From: Balamuthia mandrillaris
Taxonomy: Eukaryota
Length of the DNA stretch: 64,000 nucleotides
Assembly: GCA_031835245.2 (NCBI GenBank)
Contig: JAVKOQ020000031.1
Coordinates: forward strand, 186,001-250,000
Direction: 5' to 3'
This document shows, in pieces, positions 37,523 through 49,924 of this stretch. A program made the position numbers and the translations under genes. How positions within the stretch are numbered: the first letter of the stretch is position 1; every line of letters begins with the position of its first letter. Below the pieces are notes generated by a model. The model had not been told where the DNA came from and did not search any database. It worked only from the letters and a program-made list of their open reading frames with translations.

Positions 37523-38305
37523 TCGCATCCCGTTGCTTATTTTCTCTGTAATATTTGAAACTCATCTGTTGTTATTTTTGGGTGGATGTGATATACAGTT
37601 GAAGTCTCACCTGCCAGAAGCGTACCAACATTTGCTGGAAACATCCTCTGAACTAGCGGACCTCTATCATGGTGAAACCGAAGAGCAATGGGCGAGCACC
37701 AGTCCTCTTTCTCTCTTTGAAAGGTTTTTTTTCTGCCTTTTAGTTTTTAACTTTCTAGCTAACCGTTTGATGACCTACACAATAACAGATTAAAAGCATC
37801 AATACACAAAGTAACAAAAACGCTGAAACAACAGAAAGCAGAGCAAACCCAAAAACACAGCCACTTGCTAGAATTCCAACCGACCTTACTCTTCCGAAAG
37901 ATTCACCAACAAAAACAACCGCAGACCTTCCACAAGCACAACAACAACGATCGGCAACGATTCGATGATATCTCCGACATGTATCGAAAGGATCCGCGTC
38001 GGCTGCACTCTGCAGTTCCAGAGGGGCTCGTGGAACCTCCGGTGGGTCGCTTCCGACCACTCAACCACACGCACCTGCTGTCCTGCTACCAAGAGAAACG
38101 CGGAGAAAAAGGCATCTTCAGTCCGTCCAACATTTTTGTACCCATTCAGCAGGTCAGGCGGTTCTCTTCATTGAGACCATTTGCAACAACAATAAGGCTG
38201 CCACACATTCTATCTCATCCTCCGTTGGCGATGATGAAACGAAATAGATGGACAGGATTAGCTGCTTTCACAACAGGGATGGCTGCAAGGGCTTTGAAGG
38301 TATAG
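34715..38305 (+). CDS. XRN-family 5'-3' exoribonuclease-like protein with dsRBD-like insertion, multi-exon
   Basis: MGIPGY..., DHLLFDIN, AQDGPAPVAKFMTQRERR, FDPINFTPGTPFM, GEGELKI, DADLIL, GNDYLPKL, YMQGIVWAMHY. Insert ...GTATAKSGKEAQTILCRQAL. Confidence 0.85.
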
Positions 38306-38361
38306 TAATAAAAACCAAAATGGCGGAAGCAACCTGTTATTTTTGTGGCGCAGAAAAGGAC

Positions 38362-38509
38362 TCAGCCCTTGCTATGATGCGCAACAAATAAGCGGAGAGC
38401 ATCGGCCATGTTGAAGATAGTTGAAGAGCGACTGGAGTCAGTGATGTCACTTGTGCAATGCTTGTTTGCATGTTTGAACCTGCGAGAGCAGAGGAGGTAA
38501 GCTATACAG

Positions 38510-38549
<40 letters not shown>

Positions 38550-39605
38550 GAGGACCAGATGACAAGGCATGTGAGGCTTCTGTTGTGAGTAGGATGAAGA
38601 GAACCATTTCGATGCATCGAAGTATGTAGAAGGCATTATCTATGACCTGTTCGAAGCCATCCCTGAAGTCCTCGTCCTTCATCAACAAATCGCTCATCTC
38701 TTTGGCGCAGGAACAGAGAATGACAAGGGCTGAAACACCCACAGAACCTGAACTGGCCATTTCCACAACGAGTTGCATAAGCAAATTTCGACGGTCTTCC
38801 GTTGTTGTGCATTGGTTCCAGCTCCAATCTTTTATAGTGGTTACAAGAGCTGTGAGGATCGTTTTCACTTCTTCAAAAAGCTCATTCTGTTCAAGAAGCC
38901 CTGTTTCTGATAAGCATTCTGGAAATGAAGTCAGGGCAAATATGAGAGAAAGCACGGAGAACGCAAACTAAGGAATGCTGTGAATAAGCCGCCTGCTTGT
39001 TGAAGGTGGGTAGGGAGTTGGATATCTGGCGGTCTGTAGGCTTGAGCAGCTCGAGCAGCAGAAATCTCATCGCATGGATGCCTATCTTTAACTCGGAGAC
39101 AACACAAGGCGTGATACTTGAAGAGTCAACAGATAAAACCAGGGATTTACCTGCATGCAATGCATTAAAGAGATAATGTGGTTTGTGTCTGTACATCTCC
39201 ATGAGCAAAGTAGATGCAAGCGAACCCTTTGTGCAGAGCCTTTGCAGCTTAGCGACCGTTGATAAGGTGGCAAAGGTAGACGAGGCGCAACATGGGAGTT
39301 GTGGTAGTTTGAGCACATCTGCTTCGTATTCTTCATGCTGTGAGCTCGAAACCGAGAGTTGGGACTCGTCTCCCCTGTCAGCCCTGCTTTTTAAAGCCTA
39401 CCAAGAAGTTGGTACATCAAGCATGGGATCGAGAGAAAGTTACGGCTACCTGTCTTTGCGCCACGTTCTCCAGTCGTCCGTCCAACAACCTTTTGTACTT
39501 TTCTTTGATGATCGCAATGGCCAAAGCAAACTTGATCCTCTCCTTCTCCTCCTCCCCAAGCTCCTCCTCCTCAAACGCAGCAGAAGATGCCATCACTTCC
39601 ACCAT
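38362..39605 (-). CDS. Candidate MEI4/PRD2-like meiotic double-strand-break protein, multi-exon
   Basis: N-terminal ERIKFALAIAIIKEK and C-terminal DNAFYILRCIE and TIFNMADALRLF resemble MEI4/PRD2 signature motifs. Similarity is weak elsewhere. Confidence 0.4.
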
Positions 39606-39830
39606 CTCGTTTTTTTATTTTGTTTTCGTCCTCTCTCTCTCTCTCTCTCTTTCGTTCTCTTCTTCTTCTTATCTACAAAAAACGTAGCAGAAACTTTCAA
39701 ATTAACGAAATGAAAAGAAGGGAAGGGGAGGACGAAAAAAGGCTGCTACGTTTTGCTACAGTTTTTTTTGGATGGGAGGTTTCCAACCGGGATAGGCAGG
39801 GAGGAGATGCCAGCTGCTGGTTGGGTACAT

Positions 39831-39842
39831 TTTGGCGGGAAA
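39831..39842. promoter_or_regulatory. E2F-like site (TTTCCCGCCAAA on the minus strand) upstream of the MEI4-like gene
   Basis: TTTGGCGGGAAA at 39831-39842; TGACGTCA at ~39856. Confidence 0.3.
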
Positions 39843-40261
39843 TTATCAGTGCCGGTGACGTCAGATTTTTTTTGGTTGCGTTGGGGATTTGCTGTTGGTC
39901 CAGCTTGCTCTCCGCAGCCTCATCGCTTTGGGTTGTGCGTGGGTCTCTGGTGCTATCTGCCCATTGTATTGTGTCCGCGAGGAAAGCTGACGTCGCCCCA
40001 GTGACACTGGTGTCCCCCTCTTGAAGAGAGGTGAAACATCGGGAAACATTCAAACACGGCAGAAGACCAGAGGGGGAAAAAGTGAGAATGCTGGAGCAAG
40101 GCAAGCAACAAAGCAAAACCATTGGAAGAATTGTCGGACAGGATCCTCAAAGAAAGGAACTGATTCAACAGCGACGTAAGACAGAGAGACTCTCTCACCA
40201 ATTGCAATCAAAGCTGGAGACCATCCCCGAGCAAGTCATTGTTTATGTACAGAGAAGAGAG

Positions 40262-40304
<43 letters not shown>

Positions 40305-40306
40305 TG

Positions 40307-41049
40307 CTACTCTTGTTGCAATTCAAAACGTGCATACCGAAGCTCTGCACCACCAACCAAACATCAGTGGAATGATTTGAGGAGCAAGGGAAAAAACACA
40401 AAATAAACCAACACACAAACCTTCCAACGAGTCGTTTATCTGCTCCATGAGCTTGTAGATCTGGTTGGTTTTCTCTTTGGCTTCTCTCTCCCAAACGAAG
40501 TCTTTCTCCTCTCCGTGCTCCTGCACGCTTTTCACCGTTCCCAACTGCACTGCAACCGTCTTTTTACCCCCAAAGGACGACAACGACGTTAACTCCTCCT
40601 CTCCCACCCTTCTTCTTTATCTCTCCACAAACACGAAACAGGGCAGACGTACCAGCTGAAGCTTGTCCTTTTCAGCCTCCTGGACTCTGCGCAGCAGGTG
40701 AGAGAGGTCTGCCCGCTGTTGTCGGTCAAAGGCACTTGCTATTTCTCTGATCTGACCGGATATGTCAGCAAACTCTTTGGTCACAGCCTCCACCAACGCT
40801 TGGTAGGCGCCATAGCTCTTCGTAAGGTCCTCCGAGGCGATGTAATCCTTGAAAGCACTGGTGGTTTGTCGTTGTGGGTGTTATATCAGTGTGAGAGGAC
40901 CTTTGGAAAAGAAATAATGTCATCATAAACGCTGTTTCCTCGTACCTGTCCCATTTTTTGTACGCTTGCACTCTCTGTGCATGCAAGTTTTGAACCAGCT
41001 CCAACCCATCCACCACCGCATGATCTTCGCCCTTCGTTCCGTCCTCCAT
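40307..41049 (-). CDS. REX1BD: Required-for-excision-1-B domain protein, multi-exon
   Basis: LHAQRVQAYKKWD.AFKDY...YQALVEAVTKEFADISGQIREI...LLRRVQEAEKDKLQLT...INDSLEELRY. Confidence 0.75.
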
Positions 41050-41131
41050 CTTTGTCTTTTTTTTTTTTTTTCCTTTTTAATCGTGTCGTCACGTAAAACA
41101 GAGAGGAGAAAGAAGAGAGAGATAGAAGAGA

Positions 41132-41172
<41 letters not shown>

Positions 41173-41234
41173 TCATGCAGCGAATGTATCAAGAACACGT
41201 CCAAAGAAGGAGGGAAGAGAAGATGACGCCAGCA

Positions 41235-41265
<31 letters not shown>

Positions 41266-41369
41266 AAAAAGAGAGAGAGAGAGAGATGAGAAAAAAATAA
41301 ATAACCAAAAGAGAGCCCCCGTTTGCCCACTTTAGGCAGAAGGTTGGTAGGGTGGCTTTCTGTCCCTTT

Positions 41370-42798
41370 TTATTTTCCTTTCTTTGCGCTGCCTTTGCTC
41401 TTTCTTCTTCTTCGCTTTCTTTTTTCTGCGGCTGGTGCGTTTCCTCCGTCCTCCTTTCTGGCTTCTTGCTGTTGTTCTTTTTCTTCTTCTTCTTCTCCTT
41501 GTTCTTCGTTCGTATGACCGTCATTGCTCTCCGCTCGTTTACGTTTCTTCTTTTCCTGTTGCTGTTTCGTTCCATTCATCACTTCTCTCTCCTTCTCTTC
41601 CTTATCTTCTTGTTCTTCTTTCACTTGAACCAATTCCATTTGTTGCTTATGATTGTGATAGTCACCAACAGCCGATTCTTCTCCTTCTGAAGATATTTCA
41701 ACCGCTTCGATTTCATTGATGGAAGAAGAGGAAGAAGGTTCACCTGTAAGAAGTGTCATGGCTTGCAAGGTATAATCCACAATGAAAGACTTTTGGAGCA
41801 GTTTGTCGTATCTTTGAAAGTGTCTTTCTGTGTATGGTATCAACCCTTCCAATAACTATAAAGATTTTTAAAACGTTAGCTCATTAGGAGGGAGAGAGAG
41901 AGGGAGAGAGGGGGAGAGAGAGAGAGAGGGAGGGAGAGGGAGAGGGAGAGGGAGAGAGGGAGAGAGAGAGGGAGAGAGGGAGAGAGATAACGACGAGAGA
42001 CATCAAGAGAGTAGAGAAGGAGAAACCTCTTTCATGTTAGGCAGATCTCTCAGGGTGGCGGCAGGGTAACGACTGAAAACAGTTTGCAAGACCTTCTGAG
42101 CGGCCATGCAATGCCGCGCGTTCGTGTTCCAATCTCGAACGAAACTGAGACACTTGCCCAAATCCTCTGCTGAAAAACTGCCTATCAACTCATTTATTGT
42201 AGCTTCGCTATTTTCTGGTGATTGCGGTTTTGAGTAGATAATCGTTAGCGACGTTAGAGCAGAGAAGAGAGTAGAGAAGAGAGCGGAGAGACGGCATTCA
42301 GAGACTTATATAATAGTGATCATGGAAAGTCACATAGAAAGTTATGCAGACTTCAGTTTTTCATCAGCTGCCGAAAGGGAAAGAGAAGAGAGAACGAGAG
42401 AACGAGAGAAAGAAACTGAGAGAAAGTGGTACCCTCTTCGGTCATGATTTGTTCAAAAATGTTGAGAAGCTTATAAGGCATGTTGAGCTTAAATGCAATG
42501 CTAACGGCTTTGCGCCAATTTTTGTGGCGCAACGAGTTTGATAACTCCTGCTGTCTGTAGTTGAAGAAGAGAGTGAGCAGTAAGTTTCTTTTAAAAGAGA
42601 AAACATTGAGATGAGACAAACTGTAAAATTTTTTGTTCTTGCTCTTGAGCCTTTTTCTCTTCTTCCTCTGATGTGCTGTCGCTCCAAATGTTGATGAGTG
42701 AGTCCCCTCCGCCCGTCACAATCTGACTTTCGTTGTTGTGTACAGCCAATGCCCATATCTGTGTTTCGAGAACATTAGTTTTAAAAATTACAGAAGAG

Positions 42799-42851
<53 letters not shown>

Positions 42852-44262
42852 TTGTCGGTGTGAGCATCAAAAGTGTTGACGCATTCGTTGGTCTTGATGG
42901 TCCATAGCTTCAAGAGACCATCTGATCCAGCCGAAACCATCTGCATCCCACTTTTCAAGAATGAGACCTTCAGCACAGAATTGGTGTGGCCTTCAAATGT
43001 CTATTTTTTAAAAAAGGTTAAAAATAAGAACAAAAAAAAGGATTACAACAGAAGTCGAGGTATACCTTAAGGCAAGTATAGTCTGTGAGAGACCAGATTT
43101 TGATGGTTCTATCCGCAGAAGCCGAAGCAATGCACCGATCCACAGGAGAAAACTCAATGGACCAAACTCCACGCCGATGTCCTTTCAGCACAGCCAACTC
43201 ATCCCCTTTTGTTGCGTCCCATATCTAAGGATAGAGATAAGAGAGGGGGAAAAGGGTCAAACAATGAAAAAAAAAATCAGAAGAAGTGTTGTTTCATACT
43301 TTGATCGTTTTGTCTTGTGATGCAGTGGCGAATATTTTATCGTTGGGAGCAACGGCGATGGCGTTGATGTCTTTGTCGTGAGCTTTCTTGGTCCATTTGG
43401 CACTGGGGATTGTTACCTCTTCTGCTTTCTTGTCTGTTGCTCCAGCTTGTAACCCTAATGAAACATGGACAAAACGGATACAGAATAAATAAGAGGCACA
43501 AATGAAATACCAACAAAATTTTGTTGAAACGAAAGGCACGTACGGGCAGTCAGAACGTCAGTTACGTCCCAACATTTGATAGTTCTATCTCGGCTTCCAG
43601 AAATGACAAAGCCTAAAGACCGCTTTGCAAAGGCAACGGCACTGACGGCTTCCATGTGTCCCATGCACACAGCCAAGCACCTTAAAATTGACATTAGTTA
43701 CACGCATACCACGAGAGAAAAAGAGAGGGCTGTATACTCTTTGGTAAGAGTGTCCCATAGACGAACGGTATTATCTTTAGAGGCAGTGGCCAGAAAACGT
43801 CCATTCATAGAAACATCGACCGCTAATACGATGTCGCTATGTGCTGTCAACAAAGCATAATTTTGTGTAGCCATATCCACCAAACGCACCTGAAAAGAAA
43901 AAATGAGACGAGAACATAAGCGCAAAGAAAAGGCGAGAAAGAAAACGATAGGGATCGGAGGGAACATACCTGTTCACTGTTGGTAACAATGGCCAGATGG
44001 GAGTCATCGGATTCATTGGAGGAAGCACCATCTTGTTGTCCGACAGGCAACAAAGAGCGACGTGGAGGGGCTCCTTTAGGATACACATATTTCACGTCAA
44101 GAATTTCATCGTTATAGCCCACCATCTGCTTTTGTTTCTCCAAGTCTTTGTTGTAGAATAGAATGTTTTGATCGCTTGTGATTGCAACAAATCCTTTCTC
44201 TCTGTTTTCTCTGTTTGTTGGTCATCAATGAAGGATGAGTTGTTGGTTAGCATTGCGAATTG

Positions 44263-44305
<43 letters not shown>

Positions 44306-44540
44306 GGGGTACAGTAGATCTGTGATGGAATAAGATATGGTGGAGGCGCCTTCCTCCTCACGAATAACTTTGCCGGTGGAAGTATCCCACAGGCGAATGC
44401 GTCCTCGCTCACCCCCGGTAGCCACTATGGCAGGTTCTCCTTTCTTCGAGCTGCTGCTTTTTATCATGCACATTGCTTCCAATTCCTGTTTTGTATCAGA
44501 GACGATATTTCAGTTTGAAAGAAACGACAAAGCATGCGAG

Positions 44541-44585
<45 letters not shown>

Positions 44586-45475
44586 GAATGAAACCTCATA
44601 AGCAGGAATAGTCTTTGTAAGACTGTTGTTACGAGTGTTCCAAACGTTAACAACTTTGTCCCTGCCCGCGGAGACCAACACCTCCTTGTCATGCATGCAA
44701 AGGGCGGTGATGGCGCTGACGTGGCCTCCTTCCAACGAGGTCCCTCGCTTCGTGCTGAGGTCCCATTTGCGGAGACTGCCTTCCTCATCTCCGGAAAACA
44801 GCAACAAACGATGCGGATCCCAATGAAACAACACTTTGGTCACTATTCCCTGTTATTGTGTTAGCAGTTTCAAAGAGGTGAGAAGAAACAAAAAGAAAAT
44901 GGGACGAGAAAGAATGAAGAAAGAAGTGACAGAAGAGCGAAAAGAAAGGAAGAAAAACGAACCTGATGTCCTCGAAAGAGATGAGTGGTATAGCCCTTAT
45001 CCACGTCCCACACTTGAATGGTGCGATCGGCAGAGGCGGTGGCCAAGAGGGAACCCCGGATGCCAAACGCCATGTCTAGGACCGGAGCTTTGTGGGCTTT
45101 CCATGTGCGCTTGGCTTTGCCGGTGGTGAGGTCCCAGTGGGTGAGCTGAAGGTTGCGAGCGCTGCTGACCAGCTCTTTGTCGTTTGGATGAATGGCAAAA
45201 GAAGTGATAAGATCCGGCTTTTAGGTTTTTTTTAAACAAAACCGTGTGAGAAAAAGAATAGTCGGGTGAAGGAGAGGGGGAAAACAATAATGTACATGGT
45301 GAAGACGCTGAATGACTTTAGTGGACTCTGTGTCTACCAACAAAATCTCATCCTGATGAGTGCAGGCCAAGAATTTGCCGTCGCTGGAGAGGGCGACCTT
45401 TCCGCCGGTGTAAAAGCTCTCGATCTTGGCGGAGACCTGAAAGCTCGTCGCGAGAGGACTGGTGCTCACTTTCAT
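41370..45475 (-). CDS. UTP13: U3 snoRNP protein UTP13/TBL3 (WD40 + Utp13 domain), multi-exon
   Basis: [77 protein letters not shown]. Confidence 0.93.
42292..42373 (-). ncRNA. Intronic box C/D snoRNA candidate in UTP13
   Basis: cggca-gc-TGATGA ... ATGATC ... CTGA-a-tgccg: C and D boxes closed by a 5-bp terminal stem, on the host sense strand. Confidence 0.7.
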
Positions 45476-45832
45476 CTTTTAGATGTGCGGAACCAAGACG
45501 ATGCAAAAAAAAAAACCAACAGCGGGCGAAAGGGTCTCCGTTCTGTGTGCGCAGCAAGAGAGCCGCGCAGTTCCTCCGTATTCTTTCTTCTTTCCTTCTT
45601 TCTTGTGTCGACGGTATTTATTCTTGCAGACAATAGTTTGTGTCGACGACAGCGAAAGCGAAGACAAAGATAGGAAAGTTGCCGTCCGTTACGTTGGGGG
45701 CTGTCTGGAGTGATCTCTCCAGACAATGCGCGTAGGAAAGAGAGAATGGAAGAGGGGGGATAGAAAAATGAAAAGGAACTACTGAGGTTTCGGTGCCGAG
45801 AGAAATGTTCTGTTTTATTCTGAGAAGCAGGT

Positions 45833-46619
45833 TTATTTAGCCGGCTTGACGTTCTTGGCCTGGGCCTTGAGAACACGCTTCACGATCTTCTGCTCTTCAA
45901 TGAGGAAAGCCCGGATGATCCTAAAAGTACCCAACAAATAAAGTTAAAAAAGCGAATAAAAAGGAGAGAAGAAACATGAAGATCAAAGTAGCATTTCAGA
46001 GTAGGATATTCATTCATACAAAATCATGAAGGGGAATCCATTTATCTCATCTTACAAACAAACGACCACCAACAAACTAAGATAGAGGCAAGAGGAGAAG
46101 GGGGAAGAAAGAGAGAACAAAGAAAGTTACCTTTCTCTTACACACTTAGCACAACGGGAACCACCATAAGCACGGTTCACGGTCTTGTGCCTCTTGGAGA
46201 CGCTCCTAAGTTGCTTGGGGCGGAGGGCAACAACCTAAAATTTCAAAAAAAAACATACGTAAATACACAAAGAGGAAAGGAAGATCAAAAGAAGTCAAAT
46301 AGAAAACATACGCCAGCAAGCTTGGAACCGCAGTCACCGCATTTGGGGACCTTGCCGATCTTCTTTCTGGTGTGCTGAGTGAGAGTGCCGCCAGGTGTCT
46401 TGAGGACACGCTGTTTGTTGGACTTGGTGTTGTAACCGTGTCTCCTGCGGTATGTCAGACGTTGAACCTAAGGATGACGAGAATCGGAAAGAGATGGTAA
46501 ACAAAGAGATCGAAGATGCTCAATCACAATCAAAATCAAAAAGTCCCCATGTGCGAGGGCAGGTTACAATATCAAGAGAGAGGAGGGAGTCAACTAAAAA
46601 AAAAAACTAAACGAACCAT
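45833..46619 (-). CDS. RPL34: 60S ribosomal protein L34 (eL34), 4 exons
   Basis: [28 protein letters not shown]...KVPKCGDC...[33 protein letters not shown]. Confidence 0.95.
45991..46057 (-). ncRNA. Intronic box C/D snoRNA candidate in RPL34 intron 3, with LSU rRNA-complementary guides
   Basis: aAGATGA (variant C box) - GGATTCCCCTT - ATGA (D') ... ATATCCTACT - CTGA (D). The first guide complements the conserved LSU AAGGGGAAUCC. Confidence 0.65.
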
Positions 46620-46922
46620 CTTGGCAAAGGCTTTCTCTCGGCGCGTGCGGCTTTGATGGAAAAGAGGGCGTGATAAAGAGAGAAGGCCAAGAAAGAGGGG
46701 GGAGGATGAAGGGTGGGGCTGCGGTGCACAGATCCACACGGAGTTTTAATTAAACTCCGGTACGAGGGGTATTTCGATTTTTTTGCGGTATGTCGACGCG
46801 GGAGCTATCCCCCATCCTACCCCTCCCTTCTCTGCACACTTGCGCGTTTTTCCTCTGGTAACTCTTTTAACACTAGAAGAGAGCTCCCGTCAGGTCACGA
46901 AGTTCCGCCTTCACAGTCCACC

Positions 46923-47312
46923 ATGGTATGATCTTCACTCTTCTTGCTCTTCACTATGCTTCGGAGGAACACTTCTTTTGCGTGATCAAGATAGACTGAT
47001 TGATTGATTTTTATTCTATGTTGTAGCCTAAGCAAATCAGAGAAATCAAGGACTTCCTTTTGACTGCCCGCCGCAAGGACGCCAAGTGGGTCAAGATCAA
47101 GAAGTCCAAGGACGCCACCAAGTTCAAGGTGCGATGCAGCCGCTACTTGTACACACTCTGCGTAACTGATGCAGACAAAGTGGACAAGCTGAAGCAGTCT
47201 CTGCCTCCTGGTACATTTCGCTTCCTATGATTGTTTTTTCCCTTTCCTTCCGCTCATTCTTGTTTTAGGTCTTTCGGTTGAGGAAATCGCCGGCAAGAAG
47301 AAGGGACTGTAA
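46923..47312 (+). CDS. RPL38: 60S ribosomal protein L38 (eL38), 3 exons
   Basis: [56 protein letters not shown]. Confidence 0.96.
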
Positions 47313-47410
47313 AAGAGGCACGTGACACAAACCTTGGAGCTCAAAATAAAGACTCGATTGCTTCAGACAACACAGTTTTTTTTTGTTTTCTTTACTCCGT
47401 TACGATTCAC

Positions 47411-49726
47411 TCACAACCTGATATTGGAGAACCAGCCTTCTACTCCAAGTTCTCCTTTCCACCCTCTACTGTTACTCCGCTCTCTTCTTTCTCCTTCCCT
47501 CATTCTGCTCCCTATTCCCGTCACCCAGTCCATTTCATATGGTTCCACATTCATCGGCTCTAACTCAAACTCTTCTTCGTCTTCCTCGTGCTGTTCCGTT
47601 GCCATTGTTGTTCGTTGTGTGAGCGTTGTTTCTCTTTCCCTGGCCGCTGGCGAAAATGCAACCACGGGCTTCGCCACTGTCTTTTCCAACATCACCGTTT
47701 GCTCCTTTGGTATTGTCTTTCGATGCAACCAAATCCACTTGTTTGCTTTGTGTTAATCTCAGCCCAAAGAGGGAAGAAAAAAGAGAGACATACGAGAAGA
47801 GAAGCAAGAAGATTGCCATGTTGAGCAACGACACTCAAGTCTATGGTCTTGCTCTGTAGGTCCGTAAGTGCCACCGTCGCCAACCCAAACATCACAAACT
47901 ATGAGAGAACAACAACAAAAGGAATAAGCGTTAGTTTTCTACATCCGTATCTCTTTCACCTTTGTCTTCTCCAAAGAGAAAAGGAGAAAAGCAACGTACT
48001 TCAGCAATAACCACAAACAAGAGCAAACGTGAGGACGGAAGTAAACAAGGAGGAGTAACTGCTCGTAGTTGCGGTCGCCGTTCATCCAGAAGGAAGATGC
48101 AAAGGAGGAGAGTTACAGGGAGCAAGGAAAGGGCCATGTAGCTTATCAACGACTCCCACACGGAGGAAGAGAGGAAGGGCAGGAAGCGATGCTTGAAGTA
48201 GTTGAAGCCGTAGCCCAGGGAGTTGCTGATATAGAGGTTGGTGTGGTTGGCCAAGAATGTGTCTTTGGTATGGTATTTGTTTTTGATGGAATAGAGGTTA
48301 GAAAGAATGACAAGAGAGAAAGAAGGAGGAAGCCGCATCATAGACCGAAGAAAGGAAGATTACCTAAGAAGAATGCTACCAAAATAGCCATCACGACATT
48401 TTTGTAGAACAGCAATGCGGAAGCTAGCTTTGTCTTTCTCCTCATGGAAGTCGTTTGCTGCATTCATCACCACATTTAAAATGCGAAAAAGTGAGAAAGC
48501 CAAGAAACATATAAGAATGCAAACAAACCTTTTTAATATCCCCTAAAGCTGATTTGGATTGTTGTAACTTGGAGCCGAACCAATACTGGTTCAACAGAGA
48601 GTGCTTACGTTGTAGCTCCTGCTCCACTCGTCGTGAGCACAATGAGCATAACCGAAAACTGTCCTTTAGTGAAGCCTCAAACGCAGCTGCCTCCGCTTCC
48701 AATTTGTTCTGTTGTTGTTATTTGTCCAAAGAACAAGGTATAAGCATAAGATAGAGAGAAAGAAGAGGTGAGAGAAGAAGACATACCTCAGACGAGGGCT
48801 GAAAGGAAGACATCTGCGCTAACCAACAACTCTGGTTGAGAGCACAGGTTCGACATAAGATATCAGACGGAGAACAAGTCGCGTTGAGCATATTTGTTTC
48901 GCTGTTGCTGATGACTGCTCCCACATAAGAAAGAGGCCAAAAGAAAATGGACATAACGAAAGAAGCAGGCAAGAGAAGCAAGAGAAGAGCGAAAGCATAG
49001 AAAGAGAGAGCAACTGAAGAAGTGATAAAAAAGAAAGAAGATAAAGAAGAGCAGGAAACAACGGAAAAACAAAGTGAGACATACTCGAAGGCACGGGCTG
49101 GGGTGTCCGTGAGATGGGAGTTCTGTTTGCAGCAGGATCAAACATCCCTATGATCGGATAATTGTAATCTCCGGTTGCCTACAAAAAAGATTGAGAAAAA
49201 AGTAGCAGCATTCAATCTTTGTGATGGATTGAAGAGAGAGGAAGATGAAAATGAACCTCGTTAAAGCCATTGTATTGTTCGCATTGTTGACAAAACCACC
49301 ATGAGAGCTGCTCCCAAGCCACTTTTTGCTGGTGTCCACAAAACCAACAGCTTTGAAGGCGATCTCTCGTTCTTTGGTTGAAGATGAAAAAAAAAGTTTG
49401 TTAAAAAAAGGAGAAGCAGAAAAAAAAAATGAAAATCAATCAACGCACGTCCAACGAAAGTAAAGTGTGGAAAGCCATTGTCGCAGAGTAATAAAAATAT
49501 GAACAAGAAAGAACAGGAGGAAGAGAAAACAAGCCAACGAAAGCACAAAAGAAATGGGAGATGTTCGTAGGGATGGAAATGTGGGCAGCGAGGAAATGTT
49601 GAACAATGGCTCTTTTTCACGTAACATCTCCACGATTGGAGGAGGCTCCGTGGTGAACTCCTCCACAGAAAGAAAAGGAAGAGGCGCTTGCAGCCGACAG
49701 AGCTCATCACTTTCGTTTTGCATCAT
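47411..49726 (-). CDS. Ima1/TMEM201 (Samp1)-like inner nuclear membrane protein, multi-exon
   Basis: LCRTCALNQSCWLAQMSSFQPSSE...FEASLKDSFRLCSLCSRRVEQEL matches the Ima1_N Cys pattern; hydrophobic segments lie downstream. Exon structure only partly resolved. Confidence 0.6.
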
Positions 49727-49924
49727 CTTTATTTCTTTCTCTCGTGTATATCTTGTCCTCTCTCTTATCTTCTCTCCTGTCTAATAGAGCGAAGTTTCCT
49801 TGTCGACCACATTCTTAGCATTCCCGAATAGTTCTCTCACGTCCTCTCTCTTGTCCCATACCAAACATTCCCTACTTCGAACAAGCGAGAGCCTGTCGCC
49901 GTGAGCAGCAGCAAGGAACCGTTT

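Noticed and set aside
39697..40375. Separate protein gene between the MEI4-like gene and REX1BD
   Set aside because: Short ORFs in several frames without motifs or a convincing splice structure; more likely UTR or promoter sequence.
46926..47026. snoRNA in RPL38 intron 1
   Set aside because: Contains CTGA but no credible C box or terminal stem.
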